Source: a virus
Virus record (IMG/VR): IMGVR_UViG_3300045988_056936
Location: 1-64,000 of that record
Strand: one strand, 5' to 3'
DNA: 64,000 nt
A model generated the notes under the pieces. That model was given only the letters and a program-made list of their open reading frames with translations. It was not told the DNA's origin and did not search any database. The position numbers were made by a program, and so were the translations under genes. This document shows, piece after piece, positions 54,966 through 64,000 of this stretch (positions are counted from its first letter, which is position 1; each line of letters begins with the position of its first letter).

Positions 54966-56506
54966 TTAATGCTACAGATGGTTACAAGTTGGGCCATCAC
55001 AGAATGTACCCCGAAGGTACTGAACAAGTTTATAGTAACTGGACTCCTAGAAGTAATAAATACTTCCCAGAAGCAACCGAAGGTTCAGTAGTATTTGGTA
55101 TTCAATACCTAATCAAAGAATATCTCATTAAACAGTTTGAGAAAAACTTCTTTAATCTACCAAAGAAGGAAGCTGTGGAGATGTTCTATCGTAGAGTAAA
55201 CAACTTTGTTGGTATTGAATCCGTTGGGTACAGACATATTGAAGCTTTATATGACCTTGGGTATCTACCAATTCGCATAAAGGCTCTTCCTGAAGGTTCT
55301 GTGTGCCCTATTCGGGTTCCCATGATGACCATTACAAATACTCTACCCGAGTTCTTTTGGTTAACTAACTACTTAGAGACTATTATCAGCTGTACCTTGT
55401 GGATGCCATGCACATCTGCTACTAGAGCTAGGCTTTATAAGAAAGAGCTACATCGTCATGCTTGCAAGACTGGTTTTCCAACAGATGTAAATCTTGGTTT
55501 TTGTTGTCATGATTTCTCAATGCGAGGTATGGCGGGAATGGAAGCCGCAATTATATCTGGTATGGCGCATATGACTTCTTTTGTGGGAAGTGAAACTATT
55601 CCAGCTATTGCTGCTTTGGAAGAATATTATGGAGCTAATTCAGACGAGGAATTGATTGCTGCTACAGTTCCAGCAACAGAACACTCTGTAATGTGTGCTG
55701 GAGGGGAGGAAGATGAGCTGGGCACTTTCAAACGTCTAATTAATGATTTGTATCCTTCTGGGTTTGTTTCTATTGTATCTGATACTTGGGATTTCTGGAA
55801 TGTAATTGAAAATTTCTTGCCCAAGCTGAAGAAAGACATTATGGCTCGTGATGGTAGAGTAGTAATCCGTCCTGATAGTGGAGACCCAGTAGATATAATC
55901 TGCGGGTTGAGAACTAATCCTCACTTCAATACCAGAATGAAAGAAGGTAAGTATTATTGCTGCTATGCTCCGTTTAACGACGATGCAGAGTATGTTGAAG
56001 TGTCCGAAGGTCAATATTATGGGGCATATTATATGCTTGGTAAAATCTTCGGATGGAATACTACTTCAAAGGATTACCGTTATCCTAGCACTAAGGTTGG
56101 TCTGCTTTATGGAGATTCTATTACTCTGGAACGTCAAAAGCAAATCTACTTGAGATTAGAAAACGCTCATATGGCGGCTTGTAATCTCGTTCTGGGAGTA
56201 GGTTCATATTCCTATCAGTATGCAAGTAGAGATAGTCTTGGGTTTGCTATTAAGGCTACTGCTTGCGTAGTAAATGGCGAATTGAAAGAAATCTTCAAAC
56301 ATCCTAAAACTGATGATGGTACTAAGAACTCTTTGAAAGGTTTGATTGCTGTCTATAAATGTCTGGATGGGAAGTATACTGCTACCGACCAGGTCTCAAT
56401 CGAGGAGGAAAAAGAGGGATGCTTAGAGACTGTCTTTGAAGATGGTATCTTGAAGAAAGAATATTCTCTTGAAGAAATCAGACAAAGAATTGACCATGGA
56501 CTTTAA
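54956..56506 (+). CDS. nadV: Nicotinamide phosphoribosyltransferase family protein (NAMPT/NadV-like; candidate Namat of an NAD+ reconstitution pathway)
   Basis: N-terminal ..INATDGYKLGHHRMYPEGTEQVYSNWTPRS.. matches the NAMPT start (ATDSYK..H...YP). Length 516 aa. Confidence 0.75.
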   Translation: MEIINATDGYKLGHHRMYPEGTEQVYSNWTPRSNKYFPEATEGSVVFGIQYLIKEYLIKQFEKNFFNLPKKEAVEMFYRRVNNFVGIESVGYRHIEALYDLGYLPIRIKALPEGSVCPIRVPMMTITNTLPEFFWLTNYLETIISCTLWMPCTSATRARLYKKELHRHACKTGFPTDVNLGFCCHDFSMRGMAGMEAAIISGMAHMTSFVGSETIPAIAALEEYYGANSDEELIAATVPATEHSVMCAGGEEDELGTFKRLINDLYPSGFVSIVSDTWDFWNVIENFLPKLKKDIMARDGRVVIRPDSGDPVDIICGLRTNPHFNTRMKEGKYYCCYAPFNDDAEYVEVSEGQYYGAYYMLGKIFGWNTTSKDYRYPSTKVGLLYGDSITLERQKQIYLRLENAHMAACNLVLGVGSYSYQYASRDSLGFAIKATACVVNGELKEIFKHPKTDDGTKNSLKGLIAVYKCLDGKYTATDQVSIEEEKEGCLETVFEDGILKKEYSLEEIRQRIDHGL

Positions 56507-56933
56507 TCATCCTTTTGGGAAAGAAGCTTGCAAGAAACGACTATTAGAAGAGTATCATAAATACGGAAAGCTAATAGTCGCTTTCGATTTTGATAATACT
56601 ATTTTCGATTACCATAATACTGGCGGAGATTATAGTTGCGTTATAGAACTACTTAAAGAATGCTCACTTCTAGGTTTTGAAATGATTTTATTCACCACTG
56701 ATGAAGATGATTATAAAATTATGGCAAAGCAGACAATTTGTATGCGATTAGGAATAGCAAATATTACTTCTAATACTTTATCTGCTCCAAACATTAGTAG
56801 TTCTATATTCTCTAAATCTAAGAAACCTTATTACAATATCCTCCTAGATGATAGGGCAGGTCTGGAAGAAAGTTATGAAATCTTAAAATATGTAGTAGAT
56901 GAAATTAAACTTAATCAACAAGGAAATCAGTGA
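56469..56933 (+). CDS. HAD-superfamily hydrolase-like protein
   Basis: ..VAFDFDNTIFD.. (HAD motif I, DxDxT). Confidence 0.4.
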   Translation: MKKSDKELTMDFNHPFGKEACKKRLLEEYHKYGKLIVAFDFDNTIFDYHNTGGDYSCVIELLKECSLLGFEMILFTTDEDDYKIMAKQTICMRLGIANITSNTLSAPNISSSIFSKSKKPYYNILLDDRAGLEESYEILKYVVDEIKLNQQGNQ

Positions 56934-57708
56934 AATTAAGTACGATGTTACTAGATTTCCTGATGGAGAGCCTCAGTTTTTCCTTACTGAGGAATTAAAC
57001 AGAAAGGAATCTATTGATGTCATTTGTAGAATATCTAATACTGAGGATTTATTCCTCTTAGTGCAAGTAGGAGATATTTTAGATAGACAAGAAGTAGAAT
57101 GGGATTTACACATTACTTATTTAATGTCTATGCGTATGGATAGAGTAATGAGTTTTAATCGTCCATTCTCCTTGAAAGTAGTATGTAATATGTTAAATAG
57201 CTTAGGCTATAGAAACATATATGTTCTTGAGGCACATTCTAGTAGAACTTTTCATCTTCTTGGTGACAGATGTTTACCTTGGGAATTTGGACACCACTCT
57301 TGGATTCCAGCCCAAAGTAATATCGTGTTCCCAGACCATGGGGCGAAGGACAGATATGGAAGTAACTATTCTCACTATGGTTATTTAGTCTTCAAAAAGG
57401 AAAGAAATCTAGAGACTGGAAGAATTGAGTCCTTTGAAATAGAGGAGTCTAAGAATTGCTACTATTCTACATTTGTGTTCATTGATGACTTGTGTGATGC
57501 CGGAGGAACTTTCCTAGGAGAGCTTAAGGTTCTCAAAGAGAGATATCCAAATAGCAAGTTTATCATAATCGTATGTCACGCAGTTAATGATAAAGGTCTG
57601 ATTAATATGTGTAATAATTTTGACCAGGTTATTGTATCTAATTCTCATAGGGATATTAATTATCGTCCCAGCAACGAGAACTTAACTGTAATAGACGTTT
57701 GTAAATAA
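56899..57708 (+). CDS. Ribose-phosphate pyrophosphokinase (PRPP synthetase) family protein. Candidate ADPR-pyrophosphate synthetase (Adps) partner of the NAMPT-like enzyme
   Basis: N-terminal ..FPDGEPQFFL.. and ..ITYLMSMRMDR.. (Prs FSDGE / PYxxYARQDR). PRPP-binding loop ..FVFIDDLCDAGGTF... Confidence 0.65.
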   Translation: MKLNLINKEISEIKYDVTRFPDGEPQFFLTEELNRKESIDVICRISNTEDLFLLVQVGDILDRQEVEWDLHITYLMSMRMDRVMSFNRPFSLKVVCNMLNSLGYRNIYVLEAHSSRTFHLLGDRCLPWEFGHHSWIPAQSNIVFPDHGAKDRYGSNYSHYGYLVFKKERNLETGRIESFEIEESKNCYYSTFVFIDDLCDAGGTFLGELKVLKERYPNSKFIIIVCHAVNDKGLINMCNNFDQVIVSNSHRDINYRPSNENLTVIDVCK

Positions 57709-60700
57709 CAAAATAAAAATGGTAATTGAAGGTCCTTTTTACAGACTTACTCCCATTAGTGAATCTTCTCCGAGGTTTGACTTGGAATTGTTGTATGATA
57801 TTGGTGGGAAAAATCCGAGAAAAGAATTTAAAGTGGAAGGCTATGGCTATCCCCTAGAAGCTGCTATAGAGCGATGTCGCCATTATGCAGTAAGAAAAAA
57901 GTTCGGAAAAGATGAAGTTATAACTTTAGGTAGGTACTTAGATGAGTTTAAAAAGGCAAAGGAGGAAATTAAACTCGAAGTCTCAGGAGATTCAGGAGAT
58001 TCTAGCGGAGAGGCTGAATAAGCTTTGTAGATTCTTAGATGAGGAATATGACGTTAATTGTGGAGGGTGTTGCTATATAGCATACTGTCTAGCTAGGCTA
58101 CTAAGTAGAGATAAATTCAAGTTCAAAGTCATTATTTACGAGGATTATGAACTAGAAGAAAAGTTTAGCGAAGTAGCGAGAAGTCATTATCATTATGCGA
58201 TTTCTATTGGAAAGTACACCATAAACGCAGCAGATTGTGATGATGACGATAGCTTTTGCAGAAATGTGTATACTGGCGTAAAAGCTTCCGAACTACTATC
58301 TCACTATCAGAAATGTAGCTGGAATGACTGTTATAATACTCAAAAGAATCAATTCATTTTTAAGACTATAAAGGTGTTTTATGACGACCTCACGGAGGAC
58401 TTACGAGAAGGATAAACAAATTGTGCATACGCACGATAAGTTTATCTACTGTAGTTCAGTATATCAAATATGGAGCTGGGGAGCTGCTCTAATGGAAGAA
58501 AAATACTACTCTTCTAATAAACCTATTGTATTGAAAAAGAATCAACTATGTTGTAAGAGGAAGAAGTACTCTTTGCATAGATTCTTTGAATTACAATTTG
58601 CTCCCGAAGAATATTTAATTAATAACGGTTTTAAAATTGTAGAAAATGAAACAGGATGTGATTGAGTACATGGTAGACTCATTTGTAGACTTTAAGGGTG
58701 AAGAACGTAAAATTGTAGCTTGTGCTTTAAGTCAGGCTGCTGAAGTAAGTGAGGATGATTGTGTCTTAGCAGTAGGTTGGGTAGCTCCCGATGAATACAT
58801 ATGCACAAATGATCCGGACTATGCTAGAATCTGTAGAGTAGTAACCGTTGGTATTGCAGTATGTAATCCTAGTGATACCTTCGATTTGGCTAAGGGACAG
58901 AAGAAGGCTTACGATAAGGCTCTTCATGATCCAAAGTGTCCAGCTATTTATACTACATCTAGAGGTGTAGCAGGTAAAGTGCTGGTAAAAGCATTCTTGG
59001 AACAGGAGCTTACTTTCTTGAAAGAAAATCCAGAGCGTATCATTAAGGGGTATAACCAAATGAAAGCTCGATTCGAAAGAAAAGAAGCCCTCAAGAACGA
59101 AATCAAAAATCTCTCTGATAAAGAGAAGCAAGCTTTGAATCTAGCTAAAGAAGGTATAGATGTAGTTAAATGCGCTGAACTGGTAACTAAAGCCAAGGCA
59201 ATAGGCGTTGAGCTAAATGAACAGGACTAAGTTTTGCTATATCTTAATAGCCTTGATGGGATTGCTAATTATTTATTTGCTAATACCTAAGAAGGAAACC
59301 GCAGTTTCTCCGCCTAATGTGCAGGAAATAGTAAGGGATTCTATAATTAGAGATAGCATCTATATAGTTAACGATTCCATCGTGGAGAAAATTAAGTATA
59401 TAGACAAAGAGTATGATGAGAAAGTATCTACTATTATGTCTAGTTCTGATAGCATCAATTTGTGCTTTTTCTCAGAATACATCGACCGTTACAATAACCA
59501 GCGAGCAACTAAAAACAACTAATCTGATATTTGCCGAGCATCAGAAGTTGTCTGAAACTGTTCCGTTATTGAATAAGCGAATAACTAATCTAGAACTAAT
59601 AAATAAGAGTTGGGAAAAAACGGATTCTCTTCGTAGAGTTCAGTTACTGTATTATGGAAACATAATTGAAGATAAAAATAGATCTATTGAAGGTCTTAAT
59701 AAGTCTTTAAAAAAGAAGCAGAATGTCATTAAATATGGCGCTGCTGGTTCATGTGTATTAATATTATTATGCCTATTACTGAAGTAATGTTTAAGGACAA
59801 AGATGGTTTTCACTACAAACATCCTGAACGTAGCTGCACTAGGTGTAAGAATTACCCTTGCTTGCCTAACATGGATAAGCTGCAAGGAGACTTCGCTTCT
59901 TATGGTTGTAGGAAGTTCGAGGATATTAATACATTTGAAGTGTGGAAACCAAAGAAGTAACTTACCATGTCAAATTTGTTGCTGAATGTGAGGACGGGAT
60001 GGGATACGCTAATTATGTCTTTGAAAGGCTAGAATATGATAATCTAGATTACAAGGATATAATGTGTGTTCGATTCCCGAATTGGAACCAGTGTTCTATG
60101 AAATTAGGAGATGTCGGCTATGTTTCACTAAGATACGTAGAAGAAGGCATCGATAGATGGTACGATGGTAAAGATTTTGTTCCATACAAGGATAGTAATA
60201 TAATTTTCTTGAAATTTATTCATGAAAAGCCTATCATTGAAGATGGACAAATATTATTAGATTAACATTAAAAAGGAGATAAACTATGAAGTATTTTTAA
60301 AGAATAATTTATGACTGTATTAGGAGATAAGCTGAGAGAGGCTTTGAGCGATAAAGCAAACGACGTTAATAGCTATGTATGGAAAGGACCTAAGGTAAAT
60401 GGGGTCCAGGAGGAAATTAAATTGGTAGACGCAGGTTATGACCAGCTGAGACGATTCTACAATCATTGTGAACAAATGTTGTACAACTCTGATACCAAGA
60501 ATCCGGGTCGTGTAACATTACTCGGAATTGTGCCCGACCAAATACAAAGATGTCGTGCAGAGCTTCTTATTAGATGGCTTAGAGCTGAAAAGCAATACAC
60601 AAACACACGTTGTTTGGAAGACTTGAAAGCTGTTATCAAAAACAATAAGGAAGTGTTAACTAATGAGGCTATTAAGGTCTATCCAATTGGAGAGATTCTT

Positions 60701-61170
60701 AATGGAATCCCTGTAGAGTTTAGAGAAGTACCAGTAAGTTTAGTTATGGATGCTTGTTTAGATTCCTTGGGATTGTTTGACAACTCTCATTTGACGCTTA
60801 ACTTCATTGTAAAAATGGGACTGTGGTTTACACAGCAAGAAATGCAGAAAGACTTGTATCGTAAAGACCCAGTGACAGGTAAAGCTGTTAACAGACTGTT
60901 AGTAGTAAGTAAGGAACTTCGTTTGAATCCTTCTATAGCTCTGAAAATCTGTGATACTGGATTAAGTTATGCTGAGTTTAGATCTATGTGTAGATTGAAA
61001 CGAGATAAATATGCTAACTTAACTAGTGATCAGCTCAGACTGCTATCAAACAAAGTTCTTTATCGCTTCCAAAATCAATGCGAGAACCAGGCTAAACAAT
61101 GGAAGGATAAGATGGAAGAAATCAAGAAAGTTGCAGAACTTAAAGGATGGGACATCACTAGGAATATAGA

Positions 61171-62448
61171 TTGATGAAAGACCTCTTTACTCCTGTTACT
61201 CGTGATGAGCGACAGGAGCAATGTAAGAGAGCCTGGTTATTACATAAAGGAAGAGGCACCATAGAAGCCTGTACAGGCTTTGGTAAAACACGATGTGCTA
61301 TTAATTGTTTAAAGGCTGTTCTATCTAAATATCCTACTATTAGAGCATTGGTAGTAGTCCCCACGGAACTTTTAAAGAATCAGTGGATAGATATATTAGA
61401 TAAGGAAGGTCTAGGGTTAAATACAGAGGTGCAAGTTGTAAATACTACAGCAAAGAATGGATACGAATGTGACTTTTTAATCATTGATGAAATCCATAGA
61501 ACTGCTGCTGAGACTTTACAATTTGTATTTAGTAAGGTTAAATACAAGTTAATTCTTGGACTAACTGCTACTCTGGAAAGACTTGACGGTAGACATACTA
61601 TAGTCGAGAAATATTGCCCTGTAGTTGATAGCGTAACTATTGAAGTAGCCAAAGCCAATGGTTGGGTATCTGATTTTACTGAATATCAAGTAATTATCAC
61701 AGCAGAAGACATCGAAAGCTATCGAGAGCAAAATAGGGAATTTATAAGACATTTTGAATTCTTTAACTTTGATTTTGGACTCGCAATGAGTATGGTTGGT
61801 AAAGACGGCCTCAGAAATAGGCTTAATTACAGAAACCAGATTTGTAGTAGTTCGGATAAAGCTGAGCTGTCTAATGCTTTGAAGCAGATTACCTTTCATT
61901 CTACAGCTTTTATGAGAGCTTTACAAGCTAGAAAAAAGTTTATCCATAATCATCCGGCTAAATTAGAAGTGGCTAGGGAGATTATTGCTCACAGAGCAGA
62001 CAAGAAAATTATTACATTCTCTGCTAACACTGCAATGGCAGAGAAGATAGGAGTAGGATATGTTTACACTGGCAAAGAAAGTAAAAAACAAAACAGAATT
62101 ACACTTGAGGAGTTCGCCCTACTAGACAAGGGCGTGATTAATAGCTGTAAATTGGCTATTGAAGGTTTTGATTGTCCCGGTCTATCGGTCGGGATAATGC
62201 TTGGAGTTGACTCTAGTAGCACAAAAAGCACTCAAGCCGCTGGTAGGGTCATTAGAAAAGAAGGTTCTAAATACTCTGAAATATTCACATTAGTGCTAGA
62301 AGATACCGTTGAACAAGAATGGTTTAAGAAGTCTCATCAAAAGAGCGAGTATGTTACTATTGATGTAGATAACTTACGAAAGTTACTTAATGGAGAGCCT
62401 TGGGAACCTTACAAGAAAAAATTGCAGAATTTTACCTATCGTTTTTAA
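61171..62448 (+). CDS. Superfamily-2 DEAH-box helicase (UvsW/XPB-like)
   Basis: Motif I ..CTGFGKTR.., motif II ..LIIDEIHR.., motif III ..GLTATLER.. Confidence 0.7.
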   Translation: MMKDLFTPVTRDERQEQCKRAWLLHKGRGTIEACTGFGKTRCAINCLKAVLSKYPTIRALVVVPTELLKNQWIDILDKEGLGLNTEVQVVNTTAKNGYECDFLIIDEIHRTAAETLQFVFSKVKYKLILGLTATLERLDGRHTIVEKYCPVVDSVTIEVAKANGWVSDFTEYQVIITAEDIESYREQNREFIRHFEFFNFDFGLAMSMVGKDGLRNRLNYRNQICSSSDKAELSNALKQITFHSTAFMRALQARKKFIHNHPAKLEVAREIIAHRADKKIITFSANTAMAEKIGVGYVYTGKESKKQNRITLEEFALLDKGVINSCKLAIEGFDCPGLSVGIMLGVDSSSTKSTQAAGRVIRKEGSKYSEIFTLVLEDTVEQEWFKKSHQKSEYVTIDVDNLRKLLNGEPWEPYKKKLQNFTYRF

Positions 62449-63307
62449 TTATGGAAACTTATTACACTAAAAAAGAGTTTAATGAGATGAAGTCTGCTTT
62501 GACTAAGAAGTGCAAAGCATTGGAAACTAAAGTTAGTAAGCTTACCGCTGAATTGAAGGAATTAAAGAAGGACTATGCAGTACTTCTTGAAACTGCCAGC
62601 GAAAAAGTTGAGGACTAAAGTTTATCACGTAACCAAGTTTTAACGCTTTAACAAGTAAACTAGACTTGGTGTATAGATTAGTAGAAAATCTATTAATTTG
62701 TACACGTGAAAAATCTTGAACTGAAACAGCAACTTTTGTTTTGTGAAAAATATAGCATAAACCCAAGTGAGCTGTTGTTGTTAGAAATTCTTCTTATCGC
62801 CCAAGAGGGTGATGAACCCGAAATTGTCCACGAGTATTTCTCTTCTAGAGTATGCGCTCGTGGTTTTACAATAGAACTATTAACTGGACTTCGCGATGCT
62901 GGAGTTATTCATAAATCCTATAAGATTCCTGAGAAAGGGTCTGTATTTAACCCACTAGATGTTCCTCTAAATAAGTTAGTTGTGAAAGACTTTTATAAGT
63001 GTTCATTCGACTTAGGTAAGGAATTGTGGGATACTTATCCATTATTTGGAATAGTTAATAATACACAAGTGGGTCTGAAAAGCGTATCTAAGAAATTTGA
63101 TACAATTGAAGACTTCTATAGGTTTTATGGTAAAACTATCAGATGGAAGCCAGAAACTCATAACCATATTATAGAGTTAGTTAAGTGGGCTAATGAACAC
63201 AATATATTGTGTACCACAATAGCTAATTTTGTAATAGACCATAAGTGGGAAGAACTAGAGGCATTAAAGAATGAAGGCGGAGTTAATTATGATTCTATGA
63301 GATTACT

Positions 63308-64000
63308 ATGATTTCTGATAAACTTCTCAATGAAATTGATAGAGGTAGACAGGGACTAAATCATGGTATTTCTATGAAACTTCCTAAGCTAGAGAGTATT
63401 ATTGATGGAGTTACTAGGGAAACCTATACTTTAATTCTATCAAACTCTGGTGCAGGTAAGACTTCGTTTGCCTTATATGCTTATGTATATCGACCACTAA
63501 TGGAACATCTTGATGATGATGATTTTAAGGTATTATATTTCAGTCTTGAAATGGGAGAAGTAGCTTTGTATATTAAGCTGTTATCCATATATATATTTGA
63601 GACCTATGGAATCCAACTATCTTTTAAGAAGATATTGTCAAGAGAAAAAGAATATATTTTATCTGATGAGCATTATGACTTAGTTAAGCAATGTATGCCT
63701 TGGATAGATAAGATTAGTAAGAAGTTAGAAATCTATGACAAGAAGGTAACTCCGAAGAAGGTATATGCCATCTTGAAAACTAGGTTGGAGGAAATGGGAA
63801 CCTTTTCTGAAAGTGAAACCCGCCTCGTCTATACTCCAAATAATCCTAATCTTATTTATAATGTAGTTGTAGACCATATTGGTCTTGTTGGTACAAAGCC
63901 TGATATTGATTTGTTGTCTAGCTATCTTCTTTTTCTTAGAGATAAGTGTTTTATTAGTCCTGTAGTAATACAGCAAGCTAATAGAGAGCAGGGAAATATT
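63308..64000 (+). CDS. DnaB-like replicative helicase (partial, runs off the window)
   Basis: ..GLNHGISMKLPKLESII..LILSNSGAGKTSFALY.. (Walker A), ..YFSLEMG.. (DnaB H1a SLEM). The reading frame is open to the window end. ATG overlaps the stop of ORF 62706..63311 (ATGA). Confidence 0.65.
   Translation, partial: MISDKLLNEIDRGRQGLNHGISMKLPKLESIIDGVTRETYTLILSNSGAGKTSFALYAYVYRPLMEHLDDDDFKVLYFSLEMGEVALYIKLLSIYIFETYGIQLSFKKILSREKEYILSDEHYDLVKQCMPWIDKISKKLEIYDKKVTPKKVYAILKTRLEEMGTFSESETRLVYTPNNPNLIYNVVVDHIGLVGTKPDIDLLSSYLLFLRDKCFISPVVIQQANREQGNI

Noticed and set aside
1-64000. Reverse transcriptase among the listed ORFs
   Set aside because: None of the track ORFs has RT motifs. The Walker-A/B proteins at 34747 and 54141 are AAA+ ATPases, not RTs. 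So the DGR RT must be outside the window or hidden in recoded sequence.

Overview
This is an AT-rich window from a large tailed phage, probably infecting Bacteroidota. The host inference rests on LYSCG-type lipoprotein signals, an OmpA-like protein and tRNA-Gln with U1-A72; the architecture is reminiscent of crAss-like phages. It has two arms that meet at a divergent region near 17.6-18.4 kb.

Coordinates 1 to about 17600 lie on the minus strand and form a late/structural and packaging block. It holds a tail-fibre gene, the large terminase, a GroES-like protein, a PD-(D/E)XK nuclease and zinc-ribbon proteins. These genes are full of in-frame TAG codons, so the stop-to-stop ORF track is fragmented there. 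I read TAG as recoded to Gln, since I found no in-frame TAA or TGA in the codons I translated by hand.

From about 18400 to 64000 the genes are mostly on the plus strand. This arm carries:
- an array of about 27 tRNA genes and a tmRNA-like RNA;
- two CUA-anticodon (amber-suppressor) tRNAs with tRNA-Gln-like acceptor features, one sitting at the head of the recoded late block;
- a TAG-recoded GIY-YIG homing endonuclease inside the tRNA array;
- an NfeD plus flotillin (SPFH) membrane operon;
- an NAD+-reconstitution module (NAMPT-like, HAD, PRPP-synthetase-like);
- an RlmN/Cfr-like radical-SAM gene split at a G6 run, RNase H, an SF2 helicase and a DnaB-like helicase.

The most striking element is a diversity-generating retroelement (DGR). 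A template repeat at 113-209 lies directly after the tail-fibre stop codon. It matches a variable repeat in the tail-fibre C-terminus (314-410) and a second, remote variable repeat (28271-28367) in a small protein 28 kb away. Every mismatch falls at a template adenine. No reverse transcriptase ORF is visible in the window; it probably lies beyond coordinate 1.
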